A stretch of 37,393 nt of DNA from Paecilomyces variotii (Eukaryota): NCBI GenBank assembly GCA_004022145.1, contig RCNU01000019.1. One strand, 5' to 3'. Both the position numbers and the translations under genes were made by a program. Of the stretch, positions 1 through 11,577 are shown one piece after another (within the stretch, counting starts at the first letter, position 1; the number at the start of each line of letters is the position of its first letter). The notes under the pieces are model-generated. The model was not told the origin of the DNA and made no database searches. It saw only the letters and a program-made list of their open reading frames with translations.

Positions 1-79
1 CACCGTCTCCCGTTCTTTCTTCTGTCTTCATTTCCCGCCTGGAGATATCTTCTAATATCTCTAACGTTTTATTACACAG

Positions 80-355
80 GGTGCAACCGAGTCTTTCGTT
101 CTCAATTATGCCAATGAGTCAAAATGCGCAGTTGAAGCTGCTGTCGCAAAACCGGGGTTGATTAATGCACCGGGCAAAATGAACATGGCAGTCAATGTAT
201 TGTCCACAATTGGCCGCTCCATTATCGGCCTTCCTATGGTGGATGTGAGTGAGGTTGCGGCAACACTCATAGATCAGTCTGTCAATGGACTGGAGAAGGA
301 GACGCTCCTCAATGAGGACCTGGTCAGGATAGGGCAGAAGGCGTTGGCAAGATAG
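80..355 (+). CDS. Last exon of a gene starting upstream of the window; resembles the C-terminus of fungal NAD(P)-binding / NDP-sugar epimerase-like proteins
   Basis: Branch point CTAAC (61-65) and CAG acceptor (77-79), then an open frame GATESFVLNY...AVAKPGLI...VDVSEVAATLIDQSVNGLEKETLLNEDLVRIGQKALAR*. Family call is from remembered similarity only. Confidence 0.65.
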   Translation, partial: GATESFVLNYANESKCAVEAAVAKPGLINAPGKMNMAVNVLSTIGRSIIGLPMVDVSEVAATLIDQSVNGLEKETLLNEDLVRIGQKALAR

Positions 356-1215
356 CAGGAGACTTAATTTTTTTCTATTCAGTATCTCTTGAGAGCGCCC
401 TTCATTTACGATAGTGGGCTAGTTTTATGATTTCCGGTTCACTTGGCAATATTTATGTGTTTGAGAAGCTCGAAGAAGGGCCATGTTATATGAACCGAAG
501 ATTATATTGGTGTGCCCCCGTTAGCTTGACTACTTACCTATGATAGTCGGGTATCGTTGAACTGGTTTGATCGCTTGTGGTTTGCTCATGCTCACGATAG
601 AAATATCGTTAGAACAGATGATAATTGGCTGACCACCGCGAACTTGGATCAAATTCGTTGGGATAACACCTAAGACGCCACTTAAGCTATCTAATTGATT
701 TGACTTCAGTGTATATCACTCCTAATCTGATACAATATGTCGCGGTCTGCGACTCCCGGTTCGATTGTTACTAGTGAACAAAGACGATGCTTAAAAGAAT
801 CTTAGCCCTGCGCCGGGCCCAACCCTAAATATCGGCCATGCGAAGATAAAGTTCCCGATCGTTCCAGCAGTTGACGAACGGTTCGGTTTCGGTTCTCGTG
901 CGGCTGAGGTATCCGAACTGTTCCTCGCGATAGCTGACACTGGACAGTGCATTTGCAGTCTCCACAGTAACTATCCCAGAAAATGGGAAAGAGAAAAAAA
1001 AAAAATAAACTTCTAACTTCATACTTTCTGGCTCAAAAGGGGATTGATTGACTTTGGGTGCCTGTGGTTCCTTGCCGTGCTCGCATGAGTCTCGGATTTT
1101 ACTGCAGCCATTTTGGTGAGATGGTTCTTCAAAAAGAATTATCTCTCTTGTATACTGGAATTCCTTTAGTGATCACTCATTTCTAGGGAGCGCACCTTGC
1201 ATAGATACCCAAACT

Positions 1216-1955
1216 ATGGTTTCCCCTTCTCTTCTGCTGGGCCTGTGCGCTGCTGCGCTAGCCAGCACGACAGACGCTGCTCTGACCACGCGCCAGTACC
1301 AGTCCTTAACATCCAGTTCAACTGGCACAGACGGCGGCTACTATTACTCGTTCTATACAAACAGTGACTCAGTCACCTATACGAATCTTGGTGGTGGAGA
1401 CTACAACGTAACATGGGATGGAAGTGGGAGCTTTGACTTTGTTGCCGGGAAAGGATGGAATCCAGGATCTGAGAGGCAAGTGCCTTTTTTTCGTTACTTT
1501 GTTCATGCCAACCTATATATATATTCATATATTGCTGCAACTAACAAGATAATAGAACTGTCACTTACACTGCCAACTATCAGCCTGATGGTTCAGGCTA
1601 CTTTGCCCTGTATGGATGGTTTACGGATCCATTGGTAGAATACTACATTGTCGAGTCGTGGGATGGATATGACCCGATCAACAGCGGAAAACATCTGGGA
1701 ACAGTTGAAAGTGATCATGGAACGTATGATATCGTCAAAAGCCGTCGCGATAACGATCCGTCAATTGTTGGGACAGCGACTTTCGACCAGTATTGGTCGG
1801 TGCGACGAACCAAGAGAACCAATGGCACGATTACTACAAAGAACCACTTCGATGCATGGAAGAATGCCAATCTGACGCTGGGCACGTTTAATTATCAGAT
1901 CCTGGCAACCGAATCGTGGGACGGCAGTGGCGAGGCGTCGGTGTCGATTCACTAG
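1216..1955 (+). CDS. Secreted endo-1,4-beta-xylanase, glycoside hydrolase family 11 (exons 1216-1475, 1556-1955)
   Basis: Signal peptide [19 protein letters not shown]11 motifs [35 protein letters not shown] (nucleophile Glu), [21 protein letters not shown] (acid/base Glu). The 80-nt intron GCAAGT...CTAAC...TAG joins the frames as SER-TVTY. Confidence 0.96.
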
Positions 1956-2144
1956 GCGCTGTATACAAATGACGTCCTATGGCTTTAAAGGGCATGTGGG
2001 CTATTGGGCTATTCTGGATGCGCAGAAATGTTAAATGTGAAGACGTGTAACCTCTCAGGCACGGGTGCAGAGGGATTGACTTACTTACTATATGACTTTA
2101 CAATAGATACTTCAGTGTCGATACACGCCTAAGCAGTATCACAT

Positions 2145-2732
2145 ATGCAAAATCGACAATTCTCTCTTCCCGTTGACAGATGAGCACATCAGATTCTTTG
2201 ATCAACACGGTTATCTCATTGTTCGAGATTTCTTCTCTCCCGAAGACACGAAGAAACTGTAACAATGGACACAGGAAGTTCACGATTTGCCCCATGATAA
2301 AGACGTTCCGTGGATGCCATGAGGCGAGCATACCCTCCTTTGAGAAACAAGGTACCCGCCAGGAAGGGTAACATAACACTAACTTATGGACTGCCTGAAG
2401 GAAGTTAATGCACAAGGCAAAAGTGCGCTGGTCGTACTGAGAATTTTGCCAATAGTCACTCCAGTTTCAAGGACTTCTTGCGCGGGAAGCGGATTTTCAA
2501 TATCCTCCAGCGGTTGGGAGGCGAGGAGATGCTTTTGTTCAAGGAGAAGATCAATTACAAGCTCGCTGGTAGTGGTGCATGGTGACAGCAACAGGACGAA
2601 ACAATGCACAAACTGACGGACCTAGGTGGTTTTGGACCGCATATCGACGCCAATGCCTATACACATGTTACGAATATCAGCCATTTGACCGTCCTTGCCG
2701 CGGTAGATGATATGAGTATCGAGAACGGTGGG
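2145..2732 (+). pseudogene. Phytanoyl-CoA dioxygenase (PhyH)-family Fe/2OG dioxygenase pseudogene
   Basis: Manual translation gives FPLTDEHIRFFDQHGYLIVRDFFSPEDTKKL*QWTQEVHDLP..., EVNAQGK...RTENFANSH...EEMLLFKEKINYKLAGS, GGFGPHIDANAY (HxD)...AVDDMSIENGG. In-frame TAA at 2260-2262, frameshifts, and similarity lost after ENGG. Confidence 0.8.
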
Positions 2733-3114
2733 AGCACAGGAAGTTCAAGGTATCGGCGATTCTGCTGGTGTCTAAAATTGACCTCTCGTTCACTACCGGG
2801 TTTCATTCCATTAGAAAATCATTCCCAGCCATGACAATAGAGGAAGTACTAAGACACTAAGGGTCGAAATCTTGAGTCCGCTCCTAGTTTGCAAGGATTG
2901 CTGGATCTAATAATCGGACAGACAGGTCCAACTGTCGTAGATTATCTAGACTGTTCATACGTTTCCCTCAGATGGTTTCTCGGACAAGTGACGAACTAAT
3001 AGGGAGTCCTAGGATATGATATATCTGCTGCACTACAGATCTTGAAGATAACGGACAACTTGTAAACTCGGCGTATTTAATCTGAACCTAACGGGCTATC
3101 ATGGCCACTATTGT

Positions 3115-4234
3115 TCACATTTCGGTATAGGCATTCAGCGCGAGCTGGCCTCCCAGGTGCGCAAACAGCACCTTGCTGCCTGCGGCTATCTCTCCACGAC
3201 GAACAAGGTCTATCAGACCTGCCAGACTTTTACCCTCATATACAGGATCCGTAATGAAGCCCTCTGACGAAGCGCCAAACTTGATGGCTTCGACAGTTGT
3301 GGCGTCGGGGATACCATAGGTGCCCGCATGGTACCGGTCATCAAGGATGATATCAGCTTCTGTGATGTCGTCGCGTGACAATCCGATCTTCTCTCCAGTA
3401 GCTTTCGCGATGCGTAAGATCTGGTCAAAGGTCTGTGGCACCGTCGCAGATGCATCAATGCCAATAACCTTGCGAAGCCGCGAGCCGTTCACCTTCTGTG
3501 CCAGCTTGAATCCGGCTACCATACCGGCCATTGTTGACCCGGTCACAGCGCACACGATGATGGTGTCGAAAAACAGCCCGAGCCTTTTCTCTTGTTCCTC
3601 AACTTCAAATGCCCAGCGCGCAAAGCCCAGTCCACCCAACGGGTGATCAGATGCGCCTGCAGGGATGTAGTAAGGCTTTCGTCCTGCAGCCTCGATCTCT
3701 GCCATCAGATTGTTGAGGCTAGCCTTGTGCTCGATTCCGAACGGAGAGGGGTCGAGTCGCGTATCAGCGCCCATAAGCCGTGATAGTTGTAAGTTACCAG
3801 CTTTATCATATACAGGATCATTCCAGTTCACCCATTTCTCTTGCACCAGCGCAACTTTCATGCCCAACTTCGCACCTACAGCGGCCACCTGCCTTGTGTG
3901 GTTCGATTGGAAACCTCCGATACTGACAAGCGTGTCACATCCTTTTGCTAAAGCGTCTGATGCGAGATATCTGTACAGTTAGCGATGGTTAGCAATCCCC
4001 TGAAAACGGAACGTGGTATCCGATGAGGCGAAAGGGGCAGCGTTACTCCAGTTTTCTAGTCTTGTTCCCCCCAAATGCTAGTCCAGAATTGCAATCCTCT
4101 CGTTTAGCATAAATGTCGACTTCGCCGCCAAGGGCCTTGCTGATGTTTTCCAAGTGCTGGATCGGCGATTGCCCAAACAGGAACGACTCCCGTGGGATGC
4201 TGGCGAAAGGTTCCGGAAGAACTGGAGAGTCCAT
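3115..4234 (-). CDS. acdS: 1-aminocyclopropane-1-carboxylate (ACC) deaminase, PLP-dependent (exons 4234-4047, 3970-3115)
   Basis: [21 protein letters not shown] (PLP Lys), [38 protein letters not shown] and AHLGG. The last two carry the Glu and Leu equivalent to E295/L322 that separate ACC deaminases from D-cysteine desulfhydrases. GT-AG intron 3971-4046. Confidence 0.95.
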
Positions 4235-4344
4235 TATTATTGTTTTAATTAACTGATGTCCTAGGATGACCTTGTTTATTTCCGCGTTGGCTGGCTTTAT
4301 ATAATGGATATTCACAGGTAGGTGTCTAGTATCATCCGAGTTCC

Positions 4345-4527
4345 TTTCCCGACGGGAAACCCTGCCAAGTCAGATGTCGACTAGAATCATCAATATCCTT
4401 CCCACAGCCTCCTGTGATTTGCGCTCGTATACTAGCTAACTATCCTTGCCGGTCCTAAAAATCAGCGTGAATCCAGGTCGTTTTCGCAACAAGACGCTGC
4501 GGGGTATGTATCTTTTCCGTCGGCAAA
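4345..4527. promoter_or_regulatory. Two everted CCG-N1-CGG elements upstream of acdS (candidate Zn2Cys6 binding sites)
   Basis: TTTCCCGACGGGAAA (4345-4359, perfect inverted repeat) and TTTTCCGTCGGCAAA (4513-4527); further TTTCCG half sites near 4279, 4571 and 4644. Confidence 0.4.
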
Positions 4528-5140
4528 CTCGTCGAGAGCTTGTCTTATCGCATCTCGTTCAACATTCTGTTTTCCGAAGGGTCCGATACTTACCTAGACA
4601 CCCGTCGCCATTATTTCCAAATGAGCTGTACTTTTTCAACTTGTTTCCGTGCGAGGAAGAGTTGTCGAGTATCGATCGGTCCATGTATACTTAACCTCCT
4701 GATCAAATTAAGTTACGTTCGAAGGTTGTCACATACACTAAAACGGCGAGGTTCTATAAGAATTTTGTAGAGACAGTAATCTGTATTATTCGCCTTTAAC
4801 TCTACCTGAATTATATAAAGAGTTCGTATTTAATACCTAGCTAAACCTTTCATAGTACTTAACTCTTTATTGTTTATTTATTATTTAGATTTTTGCACTA
4901 GCCCATAAACAGCTATACCCCTTTCTTAAATTTCCTGAAAGGAAGGAAGATCAATTGATCGGGGATTGACAGTTTAAACGGTTATAGACTAGCTCTTAAA
5001 TCCGGACGGAACGAAAGGGGGTGAGTCTATATATAGCCTTGCCATCGATTATATTATATGATTGTACCTGGACCGGCTCTTCTTTGCCGTGTTCTATGTA
5101 TCATGTCTTTCCACCAGGCCGATGTCTTGGCGGACATGCA

Positions 5141-7578
5141 TCACGTATAGCCATCCATGTAAGGCATGGGCCAAAAGTCTGGAAAGTACTGAATCTCCGG
5201 TGCAACGATCTGACCCAATCCGAACATTGCACTGCTGTTGAGTAAGTCGTCCATACATACCATGGTACTTCCAGAGGCCATTGATGCTGTTGCTTCAGAA
5301 CTCTCGGGCATATAGATAGTCGAATCCAATGGCCGGAAGGAGGGTTGTGAGTCTTCAGATTGGACTTCTGTGTCACCGGCCCCCGCTGGTATGCTGAAAC
5401 CCGCCCTCTCAGTACCTGAGTTGTTCAGACCACTGGTTGACGCATGACGATCTCTTCTGCGCGAGGCTAGGTAGCCATTGTCTGTCAACTTCTCGACTAT
5501 TGTTTCGCTCTGGTTTATGCAGATATCTCCCAAGTCCCAGTTCCAATTATGCTTGGCGGCCCGGAGAAAGTCTAGTAAATCTTTTGCGCTCGTCACACAT
5601 TCTCGCGCGGTATTGTCATCTTCAGTCTCCAACGCACAGCGGAGTATAAGCGTCACCGCAGAAGCGAAATGATAAGCGCTGTCTGATTACATGTGTCAAG
5701 ATTATCGAAGGACATGTGCTGCAATGGAGATGACCACTTGCATATAGCGGAGGCATAATACTTACAAGGGAGCCAGAATGCATCAATTTCTGTTCTGTTG
5801 AGTGACAGCACGAAGTTTATGATTGCTTGGGCGGTCTTTCTGCATTGTGAAAGATAGTAGCGTCTAGCTTCCCAGTCATCGTTATCGTCTCTGTGAACAG
5901 TTTCCTTAGAGAACTATCAGCATAATACACCAACAGGGCCAGACTGAGAGTCATGGGGCGTATTACCTGGAGAGCAATTCGAGAAATGCACATCTTCACA
6001 GCTAGAGATGATAGCTGTAAGTTGAGGGCACCAGGAGCTATTTTTTGGAAGTCCAAGCTCCCCGGACGCAGCCAGGTATCTAGGTTATCTTCCCATTCAT
6101 CCATCTTTGCCTCGAGCCTCCGTAATGACTTCAAGCAATTGTGTTCTCTTGATGGCTTCAATGTATATACCAAGGCCAAGATGTCCCCGAGAATCTCGGT
6201 CAAACCACACAGAGCAATGAATGACTTAGCACCCTGCATCCACGCATCTGGGAAGGAATCTGCCGTGGAGACAGTGCCCATCAATAGTGAATCAATGTCA
6301 GGTAGCAAGACATCCCATTGCGATGAATGAATATGAGGCGGGGTTCCGTGAGAAAGACTCGCCCTATAGATCATTAGAGTGCTTCATGACTAGTACTTAA
6401 TGGAGAGAGGCCGCACCAGGTATCATGTATCAAAACGCCCCACCAGGTTCGAACTCGCAGACTTTTCTGACGATGGTCCAAATTCCAGTTTGCAGGGTCT
6501 CGGTTCAATCCTAGACTCAAGGATAGCGAAACTACCCGTCCAATATTGACTGCGTTGTAAGTTATAGACGTTATTGGCCGGCCAAGAAGGTCTAGTATAC
6601 ATGCCAGAATCGTAGAGAAATTAGGAGCCAAAAAGTCTTCATTCATTGCGTTGACGGCAAGATTCCACATGTATTTGATGTCTGGCGACGGACGTCTTGT
6701 CTCCGATATTATAGGTGAAGTGTTCCAGAGAAGCAGCGAAACAGCGTATATTTCACAGATGAGTGTGTATGGGAGGCCATCCTTGCTGTAAGCCTCGCGC
6801 ACTGTCTTCTCATCGAGGATAGGGAAAGCCGGATGGATATTATCAAAGTAGCTTCGAAGAGTGAGTCTTTAAAGTACAGCCCTTTTAATCTAGAACTCCT
6901 TACATATGAAACAGTTCTGGTCCAAGTGGCTCCAGGATCTTTTGCATAGTCTCGAACTGACTGAAACTGGATGTACCGTTTCCCGCAGGCGGAATCCCTC
7001 GTTGTCGAGGAACTTTCATATACACGACCGGATTCCTAGGATCATCAGAGTAAACGCTGTAAGGGGTTGATCGCGCATACAAACTCGTTGTATTTCTATT
7101 TCTGGTTGGCGACAGGTGTTGTTCCAAAATTTGTGCATCTCTTGCCATGGCTGGACCGATTATATGGCCTGATTGATCGAATGTGCTTTTAGACGCAGAG
7201 GCTGGGGCATCATGAATATCATCTGTCTGACTAGATGTGGAATTTTCCTTTTGGTGATCCTTCGCGGACATATTAGCATCTCGTCGTGTCACCCTGTGGT
7301 GATGTGCGAGCGCGCTTTCTCCTAGGAACCGAATGAAACTCCAGAGTTTCATGGCTTCTGGATTGGCTGTCGATTGCAGTCGAACATTGTGCTCCGTACA
7401 TGCGACATGGGAGGCATTCTTTGTCAACATTGTCCCTGGTACATCGAGTTTTGCGACGGCGACAAAAATCGCACGCGGGAACCTTATGGGATCTGTACGG
7501 ACGACTACGAGGTGTCGAACTCGTCGACGCATGTTGGACACTGATAGCTCCTATATCGTGGCTGGGACTCTCTGCCAT
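5141..7578 (-). CDS. Zn(II)2Cys6 fungal transcription factor with a Fungal_trans middle homology region (multi-exon; one frame junction unresolved)
   Basis: RPYRSHKVPACDFCRRRKTRCTRDNVDKECLPCRMYGAQC zinc cluster; YFDNIHPAFPILDE and SLGLNRDP...RVRTWWGVLIHDTW...SHGTPPHI. Introns at about 6852-6903, 6364-6416, 5905-5966 and 5683-5765. The frame switch near 7220-7295 is either an intron or a frameshift. Confidence 0.88.
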
Positions 7579-7764
7579 CGACTATTATGGTTCCCAACAT
7601 CAAGCATGGAAATAATAGAATATGCACCAGGGGAGAGTCGGAGTGGAAACCCATACTTAAGTAACGCGGCGCGGCCAAATCTTAGTCCGATACAGCTCAA
7701 GACAAGATAAGACTCCCAAACAACTCGGCGATAATCATCTCATTCACTCCTTTAGCACTTTTCC

Positions 7765-8794
7765 ATGAAGTCATCACCAGCTTCGCCATCAAGAGAGCCC
7801 TCACCTCCGCTTGCAGCCTTGTCTATATACCAACTCGCTCGATTGAATTGCAGAGAACGACTTCTCGTCGACCCTCTATATTGGACTAGCCGCCATGTCT
7901 CACTCCTACAATGTCATTTTGACAGTCCCGCTCCGGCGCCATCACCATCAGAATCACTAACAGTCTCCACTGACGGACAGCCTAACCAAAAGGTCATTGA
8001 TCATGTCAAGCGACTTTGTTCTCGCGGCCAAGCTTTTCGGCGGGATATCGGCATATGTGGCATTCTTACAGGTCCCGGGTGTCCATTTACATATGAGTCA
8101 GTGTCCAGATAATTCCAACAGACCCTTGTTCTCTTCCCTCTAATTTTATAAGCATTATAGAAATAACCTTGATTTTTATTTCGACGGACGGCGTATCAGA
8201 ACCCTACCCTGCATTGTCTTCTTTCTTGGGGACGACCCCGTTGCCGCAGCCAAAGGGCACTTACCTCCCGTAGCTGCATTTATCAACCGTTCCGATATCA
8301 AGCACCTACGCGCCGACACCTTTAGCAAGCGTTATCCTAGACGGTATAGCAAACCTACCTACTCTCTGCTCAAACTCCAGTTCAAGAAAATCATTCCTCC
8401 GGAGCCTTTGCACGACCCGTATATTGTAGCGCTCTTGATAAGCTTGGCATACGAACAACGTTATTTTGCGCAACGAAGCGGGCAAGAAAACCAGGTTGAT
8501 CAGTCTTTCTTGGTACAGTTTTCTTACTCCGTGAATCTTATATTTTATACTAATAGTGTATCCATTTAGTCCCAAGTATTAGTAGCCAACGATAAGGAAA
8601 ATCTCCACTTGTTCACTGCAGATATATCCTCTTCTTTTCTGCACAAACTCGATTTTCCTGCACTTCCCCCCCCAGGTCCTGTGCCGCCAATTGTGTCCAT
8701 CCGGCATACAATGATCCCATTCTCACCGTTCGAAACTTTCAGAGAGCGTCTCTTGCAGTGTCTGCTTCCTACATCTGACAACCACAGTAGCTAA
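7765..8794 (+). CDS. Spliced hypothetical protein (exons ~7765-8096, 8161-8512, 8570-8794), divergent from the transcription factor
   Basis: Two GT-AG introns (8097-8160, 8513-8569) give a continuous frame: SIYQLAR...DPLYWTSRHVSLLQCHF...DPYIVALLISLA...LHLFTADISSSFLHKLDFP...IPFSPFETFRERL. Confidence 0.75.
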
Positions 8795-9756
8795 TGGAAA
8801 CGTCACACAGTCGACGTTGGGTTGCAGGACACCCCAATGACTGGCACCAGTTTCCCAGTAGTTTGATTGATGTAGAGCTACAAAACTCAATGCTTCTCGA
8901 GATGATGCAGCCTCGACAAAGTCCCTCGGGGTTCTAATGGTGTCGTAATATGCCATGATTGATAGGCTGTTTGGGGCAAAGATACAATGATAATGCAATC
9001 AATAATTGAGGAAAGAGATGTGTGCAGTTAGCAATACAACTCTCCCAATAGAAGAAATACCCGATATATAATACTTCGCACTCAGAAAGTTAATCCGTTG
9101 ATGACTCGATAATTTCCCACCAGGCAGTTATCACAGCGTGTTAATGCAGTATCTTCCCGTTTGATATTGATGAGACCTAGATAAGAATCCTCGGATTAAA
9201 GGGGGTTGAGTAGTATTCAATTTAAATTATATGGTATAGGTATTCTTTTCATTTGGTGGGGGCCGGAATGCGGATCGTCGAATACTTTTGACGTAGAACT
9301 AACTGTATGCGCCCCTTAGGAACAGTTCCCGTTCGTCCAGATCAGAATCTGCCGAGATAATAAGTTCATTAAACTGCCCCGCGTGTTCTTCGACAAGCCA
9401 GTTGAAAAGACGAAGGAGCGTGGCAGTTCCAACATAGCCTCACGGTGGAACCCAAACCAGCCTTGGCTAACATCATCTCTCCGGAAATAGCATTTTCAAC
9501 GTTGCAATGCTTTCTGTGGTCTTTACTTAAAAGTCTAGTAGTTCCCTCGGGACAAAAGTAGTCGAAAAGCACTTGACGAAATCTAGGGTTCTCTTCTACA
9601 TATTTATTTTGAAGGACAATACAGATATATACTTATATAAGCTCCCCGGATTCCTTCTCACTTGGCATAACACGACAACGCGCTGCGGCATTCTTTCGCT
9701 TCGATAAGCACTGAGAAATTTACTTTTTCTAGGAGATAAACGCCTTTTCACTCATC

Positions 9757-10089
9757 ATGCGTCTTGACCTTGGTGCTTTGTCTCCTCATCCTGGTGGCAC
9801 CGGCCACTTCCTTGGTGAAGGTGGTATCGAGGCTGCTGCCCGGCGAGGCCGCGAGAGAGCGCTACGGGAAGCAGCTGCACGAGAGGAGGGCAATTCCGTC
9901 TCCAAAGACCTCGGAGCTGAAACAACAAAGGCTACTTCCGACGACAAACAAGAACACAATGCCGAGGACCGGTCTATTGGTGCCGAAGAATCGGAGGACG
10001 CGCGAAGGATCCGAGAAAGAAGGGATCGGTCTTTATGGCAAGCATTAAAGAACAAATTCTCTACACAGAAAAAGGAACAGGAAGCTTAG
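9757..10089 (+). CDS. Small hypothetical ORF, possibly a frameshifted small secreted protein
   Basis: ATG at 9757 opens 110 codons; the +1 frame just after ATG CGT C encodes a signal-peptide-like LTLVLCLLILVAPATS. A TATA-like TATATAA lies near 9634. Confidence 0.35.
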   Translation: MRLDLGALSPHPGGTGHFLGEGGIEAAARRGRERALREAAAREEGNSVSKDLGAETTKATSDDKQEHNAEDRSIGAEESEDARRIRERRDRSLWQALKNKFSTQKKEQEA

Positions 10090-10176
10090 TGGCTACCATT
10101 GTGGGATATCATATCGTTATGATTCATGTCATAAACACATCAGATCCTGTCTTCTTTCTATACCCGCATCCGCAGC

Positions 10177-10992
10177 TTAGACCTCTTCCTTGTGGGTTGC
10201 AGTGACTTCCTTATCACCAGAGATGCTGTTCTTCGCGTGTCGTTCAATCTCCTCAGCAAAAATGTCTTTCACCTGCGCACTCCGCCAGGGCTTGACGTCG
10301 GTGTCGAAGAGAATGTCAATCTCCTCCAGAGACCGACGTGCGGTTTCGGGGTACGTGAAGAAGACGTGCACGGTCATAACGGTACAGAACACGCCGAAGA
10401 TGATATACGTCTTCCATTCGATGTTGTGGAAAGCGGGGGCAACGAAGTATGCAAGTGCAAAGTTGAAAATCCAATTAGTGGCGGCGGATATTCCGACGCC
10501 CTTTGCACGGTATTTAAGCGGGAAGATCTCTGAAGAGTAAATCCATCCGGTAGGAGCCTGTTTCTGCTGTTAGATCTTCGTGGTTCAAAAGGTCTCGAAG
10601 AGAGCCATTTGCGCAGTGTACATACCCAAGTCAAGCCATAGACACCCACAAAAATATAAGAGCATGCAATCACACCCTTTGCTGAGGCGCCATGAATCTC
10701 CCAGCGCAAATTGCTATTTCCGTTCACATCGGGGACAAAATGGCCATCAGTTGCCATTAGTCCTGCAATTGCGAAATGTAGCGCCATGCAGATAGCTGAA
10801 CCGCTAAGCAATAGCAGACGTCGACCGATGCGATCAATCCGTGGCAGCATGATACCAGTCGTAACCAGGAAGATGACATATTGGATCGCAGAACTGTACA
10901 GAGTTGTGTTGCCGCTCTGGTGGAATCAGTGACTTGAGGCGCGTAGTTAGTGGAATAGAAGTACGTACCATTCCAGCCATCTCGAATATATA
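10177..10992 (-). pseudogene. 3' half (about TM7-12) of an MFS sugar porter (high-affinity glucose transporter-like), 5'-truncated
   Basis: YIFEMAG...IDRIGRRLLLL...LTWAPTGWIYSSEIFPLKYRAKG...ATNWIFNFALAY...YPETARRSLEEID. Introns 10917-10968 and 10558-10625. In-frame TAA (10995-10993) immediately upstream and no N-terminal half seen in the window. Confidence 0.88.
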
Positions 10993-11336
10993 TTAACCGG
11001 ATTGGGAGGAAGTGCGGGGTTGAATTTCAGCGGGCAATAATGCCACTTCCGTATGTCGCGATAAGTGGCTTTGAAACCCGCAAGTTGTTTTCTCTGATCA
11101 CGAGGTTTTGCTTAATAATACAGTTCAAAGACTAACTATGGAGGGGCACGGAGGTGCTGGTTATTTAGTCTATATTTAGATCCTACTGCTATGGCCAAGT
11201 TCTGGCCGTCAGATATGGGCGGCGTTAAGGGATATTGATATAGAGTCAAAATTGTAGGGCCTTATTTAAGAAGTGGCTCTAATTCGGCTCTTTTAATAAC
11301 AAGCCAAATAATTAGAAACGCCTTAACAACAGCCTC

Positions 11337-11577
11337 ACAATGATGATCTGAGGAACCAACAAATCACGTCTAAACGAGGTTAGAATATGTTTACTGCGAT
11401 CGTCGACGCGTCGCAGCAGCAGTTCTCGACCCCAACTTGTCCCTACAGCAAACCTGGCTAACCTACGCTCAATCTGCGAACCGGAGGTATGTTTCACACG
11501 GCGATTAAGTGAGGAGCCACACCTCCACTACACGTGAAGCAAGCTGACTTCTAAAGAGTAGGTCCTCTCGAGCAAAG
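11337..11577 (+). repeat. Diverged direct repeat, copy A (exon-intron-exon gene fragment); copy B at 14284-14579
   Basis: Shared blocks ACAATGATGATCYGAGG, GCAGCAGTTCTCGA, ACACGGCGAT and GCTGACTTCTA...AGTAGGTCCTCTCGAGC; both copies include a GT...CTGAC...TAG intron. Confidence 0.8.

Noticed and set aside
417-907. XlnR/Xyr1-type GGCTAR/GGCTGA hexamers upstream of the xylanase (417, 627, 802 minus strand, 902)
   Set aside because: Plausible, but too short to distinguish from chance without conservation data.
3213-7710. Antisense and alternative-frame ORFs over acdS and the transcription factor (likewise over the transporter and recombinase)
   Set aside because: Shadow ORFs of real genes.
10993-11010. 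piggyBac end at TTAA-CCGG
   Set aside because: No matching inverted terminus or transposase found in the window.
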